Positions 28,329-38,200 of a stretch of DNA of 64,000 nt are shown in pieces. Under the pieces are notes generated by a model that worked only from the letters and a program-made list of their open reading frames with translations, did no database searches and was not told where the DNA came from. Position numbers and translations under genes: made by a program. This stretch comes from an uncultured Planctomycetota bacterium (GTDB taxonomy: Bacteria > Planctomycetota > JAJSAM01 > JAKLKS01). The stretch spans positions 74,039 to 138,038 of the forward strand of contig CAZSIX010000003.1 of the NCBI GenBank assembly GCA_964607145.1, given 5' to 3'. Position 1 is the stretch's first letter; each line of letters begins with the position of its first letter.

Positions 28329-30020
28329 TCAGCGGCCCGGGAGCCGGCGGATGGGGCCCTGCGGAAGTTCCGAGCCGCGGCCCTCCGACTCCCGCTCCTC
28401 CCGCGTGCGCGCCTGGAACGCCTCGTAGTTGCCCTCGAACCAGCGGGCGTTCCCCTCGCCGTCGAGGGAGAGGATGTGGGTCGCCACGCGATCGAGGAAG
28501 TAGCGGTCGTGGGTCACCACGACGACGCAGCCGGCGAAGCCCTGGATGGCCTCCTCCAGCACGCGGAGGGTCTCCAGATCGAGGTCGTTGGTGGGCTCGT
28601 CGAGGAGGACGAGGTTCCCCGCCTCGCGCAGGAGTTTCGCCAGTTGCAGCCGGTTGCGCTCCCCGCCGGAGAGGTCGCCCACCTTCTTCTGCTGGTCGGC
28701 GCCGCGGAAGTTGAACCGCGCCACGTACGCCCGGGACTTGATCCAGCGGTTCCCGAAGCGGATCTCGTCGGCGCCGCCGGTGATCTCCTCGAACACGGAT
28801 CGGTCCGCCTCCAGCCCGGCGCGGCTCTGGTCCACGTAGGTGACCACCGCGGTGGGGCCGATCTCGAGGGTTCCCGCGTCGGGCGTCTCGGTGCCCGTCA
28901 CCATGCGGAGCAGCGTCGTCTTCCCCGCGCCGTTGGGGCCCACGATGCCGACGATGCCGCCCGGCGGGAGGTCGAAGTCGAGATCGGCGAACAGCGTGCG
29001 GTCCCCGTAGCGCTTCGAGAGGCCGCGCGCCGTGAGGACCCGGTCGCCGAGGCGCGGCCCCGGCGGCAGGAGGATGTCCACGGAGTCGTCGGAGAGATCG
29101 ACCACCTGCTCCAGGAGCCGCTCGTAGTTGGAGAGGCGCGCCTTGCTCCGCGCGTTGCGGCCCTTCGGGTTCGTGCGGATCCACTCCAGTTCCCGCGCGA
29201 GGACCTTCTGCAGCGAGGCCTGCTGGCGCTCCTGCAGGCCGAGGCGCGCGGCGCGCTGCTCCAGGTACGCGGAGTAGTTCCCCTCGTAGGGCACGCCCCG
29301 CCCGTTCTCCAGGTCGAGCATCCAGCCCGCCACGTTGTCGAGGAAGTAGCGGTCGTGGGTCACGAGGATGACCGTGCCGTGGTACTCGGCGAGGTGGCGC
29401 TCCAGCCACGCGACGGTGGCGGCGTCCAGATGGTTGGTGGGCTCGTCCAGCAGCAGCATGTCGGGGTGGGAGAGGAGCGTGCGGCAGAGAGCGACCCGGC
29501 GCTGCTCGCCGCCGGAGAGGATGCCGACCTTCGAGTCCGGCGGCGGGCAGTGGAGCGCCTCCATGGCCTGCTCGAGGTGGCGATCCAGTTCCCACGCGTC
29601 GGCCGCCTCGATGGCCTCCTGCACGCGCTGCAGGTCCTCCAGCGCCTTCTCCATGGCCTCGGGGCCGAGGTCGCCGGAGAGGCGGTCGTTCACCTCCTCG
29701 TGGCGGCGGAGGAGGTCGCGGATGGGGGCCACCGCCTCCTCCACCGTCTCGCGCACCGTCTTCGACGGGTCGAGGACCGGCTCCTGCGGAACGTAGCCGA
29801 TGGTCACGCCGTCGGCGGCGCGCGCCTCCCCGTCGAACTCCGTGTCGAGGCCCGCCATGATGCGCAGCAGCGTGGACTTGCCGGAGCCGTTGCGCCCGAT
29901 GACGCCGATCTTGGCGCCGGGATAGAACGCCAGCGTGATGCCCTTCAGCACCTCGCGACCGTCGTGGACCTTGCGGAGGCGATGGAGCGTGTAGATGTAG
30001 CCCTGCGGGGGGACGGCCAT
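28329..30020 (-). CDS. ettA: ABC-F family ATPase EttA (energy-dependent translational throttle)
   Basis: Two ABC cassettes (GRNGSGKST..LSGGEQRRVAL..LLLDEPTNHLD; GPNGAGKTT..LSGGERNRL..LLDEPTNDLD). N-terminus MAVPPQGYIYTLHRLRKV is typical of EttA. Sits 33 nt upstream of the M14 gene, so co-oriented as an operon. Confidence 0.9.
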   Translation of the reverse strand: MAVPPQGYIYTLHRLRKVHDGREVLKGITLAFYPGAKIGVIGRNGSGKSTLLRIMAGLDTEFDGEARAADGVTIGYVPQEPVLDPSKTVRETVEEAVAPIRDLLRRHEEVNDRLSGDLGPEAMEKALEDLQRVQEAIEAADAWELDRHLEQAMEALHCPPPDSKVGILSGGEQRRVALCRTLLSHPDMLLLDEPTNHLDAATVAWLERHLAEYHGTVILVTHDRYFLDNVAGWMLDLENGRGVPYEGNYSAYLEQRAARLGLQERQQASLQKVLARELEWIRTNPKGRNARSKARLSNYERLLEQVVDLSDDSVDILLPPGPRLGDRVLTARGLSKRYGDRTLFADLDFDLPPGGIVGIVGPNGAGKTTLLRMVTGTETPDAGTLEIGPTAVVTYVDQSRAGLEADRSVFEEITGGADEIRFGNRWIKSRAYVARFNFRGADQQKKVGDLSGGERNRLQLAKLLREAGNLVLLDEPTNDLDLETLRVLEEAIQGFAGCVVVVTHDRYFLDRVATHILSLDGEGNARWFEGNYEAFQARTREERESEGRGSELPQGPIRRLPGR

Positions 30021-30084
30021 GGGGGACTCCGGGGAATCGGGGAGAGGGGAGAGCCGGCGCGGAAGGGGGGGAGATCCTACGGGC

Positions 30085-31443
30085 CTACGCCCCCCGTCCG
30101 AAATCCGGTGCGGGGGAGGGCGGCGGCGGCGCGCCGGTGCCGTCGCTCGGAGGAGGGAGGCGGAGCGCCACGCCGGCGGCCAGCAGGAGGCAGAGCACGG
30201 CGCTGGCGAAGATGGCGCGCGGGACCCCCCACCGCTCCGCGGCGGCGCCCACGAGGAGCCCGCCCACGCCGCCGGCGCCGATGAGCACCAGGACCCAGAG
30301 GCTCATGACGCGTCCCCGGAGCGCGTCCGGCACGCCGGCCTGGACCAGCGAGTTCCCGCGCGAGATGAACGAGATGGTGCCGAAGCCGGCCACCGCCAGT
30401 CCCGCGCCGGCGTGGGGGGAGGAGCGCGCGGTGGCGAGGATCAGCACGCCGCCGGCGGCGATGGCGACGCTGCGGAAGACCTCCCGGCGCAGCGCCGCCC
30501 GCGAGACGGGCGCGGGGCGGCCGGCGACCCAGAGCGCGCCCGCCAGCGCGCCCACCCCGTTCACCGCCATGAGCGCCCCGTAGCCCCCCGGCCCGAGCCC
30601 GAGGACCCCCTCCGCCAGCGCAGGCATGAGGGGGGCGTAGGACCACCCGAGCCCGACCACGATGGCCAGCAGCGTGAGCAGCGTCCGCACGCGGAGGTCG
30701 CCGCGGGCGTAGGACCAGCCCTCCCGGATCTCCATCCACCAGCCGCGGGGGGCCGGGGCCCGCTCCACGGGGACGGGGCGGACGCGCCCGAGGACCCACG
30801 CGAACAGGAAGTACGAGAGCCCGTCGGCCACGTAGCAGAGGGCGATGCCCGCCAGCGCCGCGTCCACGCGCCACTCCGCCGGGAGCGTCCGGGCGGCGAA
30901 CCCGGTGACCCCCGCCAGCCCGGCGATGAGCCCGCCCGCCAGAGCGGGCCCGAGGATGCGGGCGGTGTTGAAGACCGCCGTGTTCAGCACGATGGCGTTG
31001 GAGAGGTGCTCCCGGCCCACGACCTCCACGAGGAAGGACTGCCGCGTCGGCGTCTCGAACCCCCGCACCGCCCCCAGCGCCGCCGCCATCGCGAGCACGT
31101 GCCAGACCTCCACGCGCCCCGTGAGGACGAGGAGGCCCAGCAGGAGCGGCGGGAGCCCGGCGACGAGGCTCAGCCGGCGGAGGAGCCGATGCTTCCGCTC
31201 CCGATCCGCCAGCGCCCCGCCCAGCGGCGACGCCAGCCCCATGCAGCCCTGGAAGAGCGCCGACACGGTCCCCAGCAGCACCTCCGACCCCGTGAGCCGG
31301 TACACCAGCCACCCCTGCGCCGCCGCCCGCATCCACAGCCCCAGCACGCTGGCCCCCTGCCCCAGCAGGTACCACCGGAAGTTGGCCACCCCCAGGGAGG
31401 AGAACGCGCGGCGCGACCAGCGGTCGGCGGGCGGGGGAGGCAT
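30085..31443 (-). CDS. MFS transporter
   Basis: 12 hydrophobic helices, the MFS loop motif GALADRERKHRLLR, 452 aa. Confidence 0.85.
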   Translation of the reverse strand: MPPPPADRWSRRAFSSLGVANFRWYLLGQGASVLGLWMRAAAQGWLVYRLTGSEVLLGTVSALFQGCMGLASPLGGALADRERKHRLLRRLSLVAGLPPLLLGLLVLTGRVEVWHVLAMAAALGAVRGFETPTRQSFLVEVVGREHLSNAIVLNTAVFNTARILGPALAGGLIAGLAGVTGFAARTLPAEWRVDAALAGIALCYVADGLSYFLFAWVLGRVRPVPVERAPAPRGWWMEIREGWSYARGDLRVRTLLTLLAIVVGLGWSYAPLMPALAEGVLGLGPGGYGALMAVNGVGALAGALWVAGRPAPVSRAALRREVFRSVAIAAGGVLILATARSSPHAGAGLAVAGFGTISFISRGNSLVQAGVPDALRGRVMSLWVLVLIGAGGVGGLLVGAAAERWGVPRAIFASAVLCLLLAAGVALRLPPPSDGTGAPPPPSPAPDFGRGA

Positions 31444-31688
31444 GGAGGGGATGGTACGTGGCCGCGGGCAGGGGAAATCCGACGGAATGTGCGCGCGAGA
31501 GCGGGGACTCGCCGCACGGCAGGAACGCCGCCGTCCGACGGGTCCACCGCTCGACCAAGGGGTGCGTCCCCGCGAGCGACCAACGGCGCGCCACGCCGCG
31601 GGGGCGGCGATTTGCCCGGAATCTGCAAGATCGGTCTTACAGGAATCGGCCGAATCTTACCGAAATCGAGGGTCCAGCCCGGGGGCTT

Positions 31689-31705
31689 GTGGCACGCGCC
31701 TTGCA
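31689..31705 (+). promoter_or_regulatory. Candidate sigma-54 (-24/-12) promoter TGGCAC-N5-TTGCA upstream of the SBBP gene
   Basis: Sequence cttgTGGCACgcgccTTGCAcg lies ~110 nt upstream of ATG 31814 and matches the consensus TGGCAC-N5-TTGCW. A lower-GC stretch with GGAATC-type repeats (31600-31680) lies where an enhancer-binding protein or IHF would sit. Confidence 0.5.
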
Positions 31706-31813
31706 CGATGGTCCTGCCAAGGGCCCGGGGGGGCCGAAGCACGACGAACGCAGTGTGTGCGTTGCGTACGACTGCGGATGGGAGAGGGAGTCTTCGCCGA
31801 AGAAAGGAATCCC

Positions 31814-34216
31814 ATGTCCGGCTACCGGTACGCTCGCATCGCGCTCGTCGCGCTTCTCCCGCTCATCGGTCTGCACCCGCAGGCGTCCGGTGCGGCGTCG
31901 ACCGCGCCCTTCGCAGGGTTGTTCGGAGGGTCCGGCGAGGATCGCATCCGCGCCATGGCCGCGGACGCAACGGGTGCCATCTTCATCGCCGGAGCGACGT
32001 CCAGCGGGGACCTCGCCGTCCTCGACCCCTTCCAGCGCGACCTCGCCGGCGGGACCGACGCCTTCGTCGCCAAGATCGCCGCCGACGGCCGCACCGTCCT
32101 CTTCGCCACCTACCTCGGGGGCGCCGGAGACGACGAGGCCCTCGCCCTCGTGCCCGATGGCAACGGCGGCGTGTGGGTGGCGGGCGTCACCGACTCCGAG
32201 AACTTCCCCGTCCGCGACGCGCTCCAGCCCTCCGCGCCCGGCGGCGGAGACGGGTTCCTCGCCCACATCGCGGCGACCGGCTCCGACCTGCTGTCGTCCA
32301 CCTACCTCGGCGGCACGGGCGGCGACCGCGCCGCGGCGGTGGCCCTGGACGGGAACCGCAATCCCTGGGTGGCGGGGACGACGACCTCCACCGACCTGCC
32401 GACGACGGACGGGACGTTCCAGCCCTACGCCATGGGCGGGTCCGACGGGTTCCTCCTCAACGTGACGCTCGACGGTACCTCGCTCCTCCAGGGCACGTAC
32501 TTCGGCGGGTCCGGGGACGACGAGGCGTGCGCGCTCCTCGCCGGCGGCGGCGGATCGCTGGTGGTCGCGGGCCGCACCACGTCGGCGGACTTCCCCCTCG
32601 CCGCTCCCTCGCAGTCCACCTGGGCGGGGGGCTGGGACGGGTTCGTGGCGCGCCTCGACGGAGGCGCCGTGGCGCCGGCCTTCTCGACGTACCTCGGCGG
32701 GACCGGCGATGACGAGGTCTGCTCCCTCGCGACGGGAGGTTCCGGCTTCGCCTGCGCGGGCATGACGGGCTCCTCGGACTTCCCCTTCTGGAGCGGGCTG
32801 GAGCCGGGCCCCGCGGGCGGCACGGACGGCTTCGTCGCGGCGTTCTCCGCCCAGAACGACCTGCGGTACCTCGCCCCCGTGGGCGGATCCGGGGACGACG
32901 CCGTCCTCGCCGTCGCGCAGGACGGGGGCGGCGCCGTCGTGCTCGTCGGCTCCACCACCTCCGCCGACCTCCCGCTCCGCGCGGCCGCGGTGGAGGCGCT
33001 GGCGGGCGCCACCGACGGCTTCCTCGTCCGGGTCGCTCCGGGCGGGACTTCGGTGACCTACGCCACCTACCTCGGCGGCTCCGGCGATGACGAGTTGAGC
33101 GCGGTCGCCTTCGGCGCGGGCGGCTCCGTGATGGTCGCGGGCCGCACGGACTCCGCGGACTTCAGCACGGGTGGCGCAGGGATCGGCGCCACCGCCGGCG
33201 CCGGGGACGGCTTCCTCGGGCGCGTTCCCACCGCTCCCCTCGCCCCCGTCGACCTCGTGGTGAACGCCGTCGCGCTCCGGAGCATCTCCCTCTCGTGGGT
33301 CGACGCCGGCGGCGGGCGCGGGTCCTTCGAGCTCGAGCGCCGTTCCGGCGGCGGCTCCTTCTCCCCGCTCGCCTCCGTGCCCGCGGGGACGACCTCCTTT
33401 GTCGACGACACCGTGGCCCCGTCGTCCACCTACGCGTATCGCGTGCTCGCGGTCGTCGACGGCACGCCCTCGGCGTTCAGCAACGAGGTGGCGGCCATCA
33501 CCCCGGTGGTCCCGGTCCCGGTGCGACCGGGGACGCCGGTCGTCGAGGCCCTCTCGCCGCGCACGGTCCGCGTGCAGTGGGAGGACCGCAGCGACGACGA
33601 ACTCTCCTTCGAGGTCTTCCGCTCCGTGGACGGGGGCGCGCCGGCGCTGCTGAAGAGCCTCTCCGCCGACACCACCGTCCTCGATGACGTGGTCACGCCG
33701 GACCGGACCTGGACGTACGCCGTGCGCGCCGTCGGTGTCACCGGCGCGTCGCCGCTCACCTCCTACGCCGGCGCCGCCACGGCGGGCACGCTCTCCGTGG
33801 ACCCGCTGAAGGGCAAGCGCCGCGACGGCTCGCGCACGGGGCGGGACTCGGTGTCGCTCGTCCTCTCCCTCTCGACGTCCGACGGCGCCTCCCTCCCCGA
33901 TCCGCGGACCGGGGGCATCCAGATCGGTGTCGGTGCCGTGGACGGCGCCGCCGTGGTCTCCGCGCCCGCCGGCTCCGCCGGCTGGACGGAGCGCGGCGAC
34001 GTGCTGCGCTGGAAGAGCCCGAAGGGCTCCTCCGTGAAGGCGTCCCTCGTGTTCGACCGCGCCAGGGGGACGCTGCGGGTCAAGGCCTCGGGCCTCGAAC
34101 TGGGCGCCTGCGACGCGGACGCCGTGCGGGTCTGGGTCCGCTGCGCGCCGGAAGCCGGTTCCTCCGTGGAGTCCTGGCTGGAGAAGCGGCCGGGCCTGCT
34201 CGTCACCGCCGACTGA
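31814..34216 (+). CDS. Secreted SBBP-type beta-propeller repeat protein with two fibronectin type III-like domains
   Basis: Signal peptide present. About 9 repeats of YLGG.G.D.A..VA.D..G...VAG.T.S.DFP (SBBP repeat). FN3-like segments (PVDLVVNAVALRSISLSWVD ... YAYRVLAV). RBS AAAGGA before the ATG. Confidence 0.8.
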   Translation: MSGYRYARIALVALLPLIGLHPQASGAASTAPFAGLFGGSGEDRIRAMAADATGAIFIAGATSSGDLAVLDPFQRDLAGGTDAFVAKIAADGRTVLFATYLGGAGDDEALALVPDGNGGVWVAGVTDSENFPVRDALQPSAPGGGDGFLAHIAATGSDLLSSTYLGGTGGDRAAAVALDGNRNPWVAGTTTSTDLPTTDGTFQPYAMGGSDGFLLNVTLDGTSLLQGTYFGGSGDDEACALLAGGGGSLVVAGRTTSADFPLAAPSQSTWAGGWDGFVARLDGGAVAPAFSTYLGGTGDDEVCSLATGGSGFACAGMTGSSDFPFWSGLEPGPAGGTDGFVAAFSAQNDLRYLAPVGGSGDDAVLAVAQDGGGAVVLVGSTTSADLPLRAAAVEALAGATDGFLVRVAPGGTSVTYATYLGGSGDDELSAVAFGAGGSVMVAGRTDSADFSTGGAGIGATAGAGDGFLGRVPTAPLAPVDLVVNAVALRSISLSWVDAGGGRGSFELERRSGGGSFSPLASVPAGTTSFVDDTVAPSSTYAYRVLAVVDGTPSAFSNEVAAITPVVPVPVRPGTPVVEALSPRTVRVQWEDRSDDELSFEVFRSVDGGAPALLKSLSADTTVLDDVVTPDRTWTYAVRAVGVTGASPLTSYAGAATAGTLSVDPLKGKRRDGSRTGRDSVSLVLSLSTSDGASLPDPRTGGIQIGVGAVDGAAVVSAPAGSAGWTERGDVLRWKSPKGSSVKASLVFDRARGTLRVKASGLELGACDADAVRVWVRCAPEAGSSVESWLEKRPGLLVTAD

Positions 34217-34334
34217 CGAACCTCCGCCGGCCACCGCGGCGGCGGAGCGCTCAACATGCCCGGGGGGCTGCAGGAGCCCTCCGGGCATTCGCGATTCCGG
34301 GGGGAGCCACAGGGGCCAGTTACACTCCCCCCCC

Positions 34335-35102
34335 ATGCTCCTGGGCGAGGGCGCGATTCTCTTCGCCGCGGCGGCGGCGGCGGGGGTGGTGAACTCGGTG
34401 GCGGGCGGGGGGACGCTCCTCACGTTCCCGGCGCTGCTCGCGGTGGGGCTTCCGGACAAGGTGGCCAACGCGACGAGCACGGTGGCGCTCTGGCCGGGGG
34501 CCATCGCGGCGACCGCGGGCTACCGGAAGGATCTGGCGGGGGCCCGCCCCTTCATGGTCCGCATGGCGGTGCCCAGCGTCCTCGGCGGGGCCGCGGGCGC
34601 GGTCCTCCTGCTGTGGACCGGCAAGGACCTGTTCGCGCGGCTCGTCCCCTGGCTCGTGCTCTTCGCGACGGCGCTGTTCGCGGTGTCCGGCCCCCTGGGA
34701 CGGCGGCTGGCCGACCTCGGCGAGCGGTCCGGCGAGCGGGCGGGGAAGCGCGCGCTGCTGTTCCAGTTCGCGGTCGCGGTCTACGGCGGCTACTTCGGGG
34801 CGGGCATCGGCATCCTGATGCTGGCGGCCCTGGCGCTCCTCGGGCTCACGGACATCCACCGCATGAACGGGATGAAGATCCTCCTCGGCGCGCTGGTGAA
34901 CTCCACGGCGGTGTTCATCTTCGCCGCGGCGGGCATCGTGGCCTGGCCCGCGGCGCTGATCATGGCGGTGGGGGCCGCCCTCGGCGGGTTCGGAGGCGCC
35001 AGCGCGGCGCGCCACCTGAAGCCGACCTGGGTGCGCACCGCGGTCATCGCCGTCGGGCTGGTGGTGGCGGCGGCCCGGTTCCGCGCGGTGTACGGGGGGT
35101 AG
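34335..35102 (+). CDS. TauE/SafE-family (DUF81) anion exporter membrane protein
   Basis: Duplicated 4-TM halves with a G-rich motif (VNSVAGGGTLLTFPALL ... AVYGGYFGAGIGILM). 255 aa. Confidence 0.8.
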   Translation: MLLGEGAILFAAAAAAGVVNSVAGGGTLLTFPALLAVGLPDKVANATSTVALWPGAIAATAGYRKDLAGARPFMVRMAVPSVLGGAAGAVLLLWTGKDLFARLVPWLVLFATALFAVSGPLGRRLADLGERSGERAGKRALLFQFAVAVYGGYFGAGIGILMLAALALLGLTDIHRMNGMKILLGALVNSTAVFIFAAAGIVAWPAALIMAVGAALGGFGGASAARHLKPTWVRTAVIAVGLVVAAARFRAVYGG

Positions 35103-35217
35103 CGCCCCTCACCCCGCGCAACTTCGGCCCCCCGGGGCCGGCCGCTAGGATGGCCCCTCCCCGCGAGCGACCGCCCGCGGGAGCACGACCACGGGCAATC
35201 CCGGGAAGGAGTTCTCC

Positions 35218-35718
35218 ATGGCGACCGTCACGCTGAAGGGCAATCCCTGCAACCTCGCCGGCACGATGCCGGCGGTGGGAGCCGCCGCGCCGGCCTTCAC
35301 CCTCGTGAAGCAGGATCTCTCCGCCGTCACGGAGAAGGACCTCGCCGGCCGGACGACCATCCTCGTCACCGTGCCGAGCCTCGACACGCCGGTGTGCCAG
35401 ACGGAGACGCGCAAGTTCAACGAGCGCGCCGCGGCGCTGCCGAACGTGCAGGTGCTCGTGGCCTCCGCCGACCTCCCCTTCGCCATCAAGCGCTTCTGCG
35501 CCGCCGAGGGCATCGACCGGGTGCACGGGGTCTCCGACGTCCGCGACCGCGGCTTCGGCGCCCGCTGGGGCGTCGCCATCGCCGACGGCCCGCTCCAGGG
35601 CATCACGGCGCGCGCCGTGTTCGTCGTCGGGCCGGACGGCAAGGTGCGGCACGCGCAGCTCGTCCCCGAGATCGCGCAGGAGCCGGACTACGAGGCGGTG
35701 CTCAAGGCCGTGTCGTAG
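35218..35718 (+). CDS. tpx: Thiol peroxidase Tpx (atypical 2-Cys peroxiredoxin)
   Basis: Motifs [10 protein letters not shown] (peroxidatic Cys) and FCAAEG (resolving Cys). RBS AAGGAG. 166 aa. Confidence 0.9.
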   Translation: MATVTLKGNPCNLAGTMPAVGAAAPAFTLVKQDLSAVTEKDLAGRTTILVTVPSLDTPVCQTETRKFNERAAALPNVQVLVASADLPFAIKRFCAAEGIDRVHGVSDVRDRGFGARWGVAIADGPLQGITARAVFVVGPDGKVRHAQLVPEIAQEPDYEAVLKAVS

Positions 35719-35726
35719 GGGTTGCC

Positions 35727-37985
35727 GTGGACGTCGCCGTCATCGGGGGGGGGCCGGCGGGGCTGTACTTCTCCCTCCTGATGAGGAAGGCGTTCCCGGA
35801 GTCCCGGATCCGGGTGCTCGAGCGCAACCGGCCGGACGACACGTTCGGCTGGGGGGTCGTCTTCTCGCGCGAGACGCTGGACGCGTTCGACGCCGCCGAC
35901 CGGGAGTCCTTCGCCGCCATCCGCGCGTCCTTCCGCTACTGGGATGACATCGAGACGCACCGGGGCGGCGAGTGCGTGGTGTCGCGGGGCCACGGCTTCT
36001 CCGGACTCTCCCGCCGCCGGCTCCTGAACATCCTCCACGACCGGTGCCGGGACCTGGGCGTGTCGCTGGAGTTCGAACGCGAGGTCGCCGGGGTCGGGGA
36101 CTTCCCGGAGGCCGACCTGATCGTCGCCGCGGACGGCGTGAACAGCGCCGTCCGGACGGCCATGGCGGACCGGTTCCGGCCCACGCTCCGCTGGGGCTCC
36201 TGCCGCTTCACCTGGCTCGGCACGACGCTCCCGCTCCGCGCGTTCACCTTCCACTTCAAGGAGAACGCGCACGGGCTCTTCCGCGTCCACGCGTACCCGT
36301 TCGAGGAGGGGACGAGCACGTGGATCGTCGAGTGCCGCGAGGAGACCTGGCGCCGCGCCGGGCTCGACGGGGCGACGGAGGAGGACACGGTCGCCTACTG
36401 CGAGGACCTGTTCCGCCCGGAACTGGCGGGGCACCGCCTGCTCACGAACCGCTCCCTCTGGCGGTCCTTCCCCACGGTCTCCTGCGAGGCCTGGAGCGCG
36501 GGCAATGTGGTGCTCCTGGGCGACGCCGTCCACACGGCGCACTTCTCCATCGGCAGCGGGACGAAACTCGCCATGGAGGACGCCATCACGCTGACGGAGG
36601 CGTTCCGCTCCATGGGGACGGCGGACGTGCCGCGCGTGCTCCGCACGTGGGAGGAGCGGAGGCGACCGGAGGTCATCCGCCTCCAGCGCGCCGCGAAGAC
36701 GAGCCTCCGCTGGTTCGAGGAGACGGAGCGGTGGATGAAGCAGCCGCCCCTCCAGTTCTCCTTCAACCTGATGACCCGGTCCAAGCGCATCACCTACGAC
36801 AACCTGCGGGAGCGGGACCCGGCGCTGGTGGCGCGCGTCACCGACGCCTGGGGGGAGCGCGAGGGGGCGCCGAAGGGGAGGGACGGGCGGTACGCGCCGC
36901 CCATGTTCGCGCCGTTCCGGCTCCGCGGCATGGAACTCCGCAATCGCATCGTGGTCAGCCCCATGTGCCAGTACTCGGCGGTGGACGGCGTCCCCGGCGA
37001 GTGGCACCTCGTACACCTCGGGTCCCGCGCGGTGGGGGGGGCGGGCCTGGTGATGACGGAGATGACCGACGTCCTCCCCGACGGGCGCATCTCCACGGGC
37101 TGCACGGGGATGTGGAACGAAGCGCAGGAGGCGGCGTGGCGGCGGATCGTGGAGTTCGTCCACGGCCACTCCACGGCGCGCATCGGGCTGCAGCTCGCCC
37201 ACGCGGGGCGGCGGGGATCCTGCGTCCACCCGTGGGAGGGGCTCGACCGGCCGCTGCTCCCTGCGGACGGCGGGTGGGAGACCCTGGGGCCCTCGGCGCT
37301 GGCGTTCGCCCCCGGGTTTCCGGCGCCGCGGGAGATGGACCGCGCGGACATGGACCGGGTCCGGGACGCCTTCGTCGCCTCCACGCGGCGGGCGCTGGCG
37401 GCGGGATTCGACCTCGTGGAACTGCACATGGCCCACGGGTACCTGCTCTCCACGTTCCTCTCGCCGCTCACGAACCGGCGCACGGACGGCTACGGCGGGA
37501 CGCTGGAGAACCGGCTCCGCTGGCCGCTGGAGGTGCTGGCGGCGGTGCGTGCCGCCTGGCCCGACGACCGGCCGCTGGCGGTGCGCATCACGGCCAGCGA
37601 CTGGGTCGAGGAGGGCGGGCTCACGGAGGCCGACGCCGTGGGGATCTCGCGCGCGCTGGCGGCGGCGGGCTGCGACGTCGTGGACGTCTCCAGCGGGGGC
37701 AACTCCACCGAGTCGCGGCCCGACTTCGGCCGCATGTTCCAGGTCCCCTTCGCCGACCGGATCCGGCACGAGGTGGGCGTCCCCGTGATGGCCGTGGGGG
37801 CGATCCTCGGGTGGGACCACGCCAACACCGTCCTCGCCGCCGGGCGCGCCGACCTCGTCGCCATGGCGCGGCCCCACCTCGCCGATCCCTACCTCACCCT
37901 CCACGCCGCCGCCGCGTACGGCTGGACCGGCCAGGAGTGGCCCGCCCCCTACCTCCTCGGCCGCCCCGCCCCCCCCCGCCCCTGA
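35727..37985 (+). CDS. Bifunctional FAD-dependent aromatic hydroxylase (salicylyl-CoA 5-hydroxylase-like) / Old Yellow Enzyme-family NADH:flavin oxidoreductase
   Basis: N-terminal half has the FAD fingerprints [11 protein letters not shown] and DG.NS ... [23 protein letters not shown]-terminal half has the OYE TIM-barrel motifs ([37 protein letters not shown]). GTG at 35727 lies 8 nt after the tpx stop. Confidence 0.85.
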   Translation: MDVAVIGGGPAGLYFSLLMRKAFPESRIRVLERNRPDDTFGWGVVFSRETLDAFDAADRESFAAIRASFRYWDDIETHRGGECVVSRGHGFSGLSRRRLLNILHDRCRDLGVSLEFEREVAGVGDFPEADLIVAADGVNSAVRTAMADRFRPTLRWGSCRFTWLGTTLPLRAFTFHFKENAHGLFRVHAYPFEEGTSTWIVECREETWRRAGLDGATEEDTVAYCEDLFRPELAGHRLLTNRSLWRSFPTVSCEAWSAGNVVLLGDAVHTAHFSIGSGTKLAMEDAITLTEAFRSMGTADVPRVLRTWEERRRPEVIRLQRAAKTSLRWFEETERWMKQPPLQFSFNLMTRSKRITYDNLRERDPALVARVTDAWGEREGAPKGRDGRYAPPMFAPFRLRGMELRNRIVVSPMCQYSAVDGVPGEWHLVHLGSRAVGGAGLVMTEMTDVLPDGRISTGCTGMWNEAQEAAWRRIVEFVHGHSTARIGLQLAHAGRRGSCVHPWEGLDRPLLPADGGWETLGPSALAFAPGFPAPREMDRADMDRVRDAFVASTRRALAAGFDLVELHMAHGYLLSTFLSPLTNRRTDGYGGTLENRLRWPLEVLAAVRAAWPDDRPLAVRITASDWVEEGGLTEADAVGISRALAAAGCDVVDVSSGGNSTESRPDFGRMFQVPFADRIRHEVGVPVMAVGAILGWDHANTVLAAGRADLVAMARPHLADPYLTLHAAAAYGWTGQEWPAPYLLGRPAPPRP

Positions 37986-38034
37986 CCCCGCCGCGACGAC
38001 GACATTCCCGGAATGTTGCGTGCGAGTTCGCCGC

Positions 38035-38106
38035 TGGGGCGGCCAGGACTCGAACCTGGATCCAAGGGATTATGAGTCCCCTGCTCGACCGATTGAGCTA
38101 CCGCCC
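38035..38106 (-). tRNA. tRNA-Met (anticodon CAT; elongator Met or Ile2 type)
   Basis: Reverse complement GGGGCGGTAGCTCAATCGGTCGAGCAGGGGACTCATAATCCCTTGGATCCAGGTTCGAGTCCTGGCCGCCCCA. Acceptor stem GGGGCGG/CCGCCCC is perfect. Anticodon loop CTCATAA. G1-C72 are paired, so it is not an initiator tRNA. CCA is not encoded. Confidence 0.8.
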
Positions 38107-38200
38107 CGCGGGCGCCATTCTGCGGTCGGCGAGGCGGCCGCGTCGAGGGAACCCCGGCGCGCGCGTTGACTCCCGCGTCGCGGGATCGCATGATGCGGCC

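Noticed and set aside
30019-32712. 897-aa plus-strand ORF overlapping the MFS transporter and SBBP genes
   Set aside because: Low-complexity R/G/P-rich translation, antisense to a clear MFS transporter.
35972-38200. 5' part of the 2618-aa ORF 35972..43828 overlapping the FAD/OYE gene and the tRNA-Met gene
   Set aside because: Same frame as giant protein 1, but the upstream portion is R/G/P-rich, overlaps a tRNA and a well-supported CDS, and lacks a signal peptide. The true start is ATG 38201.
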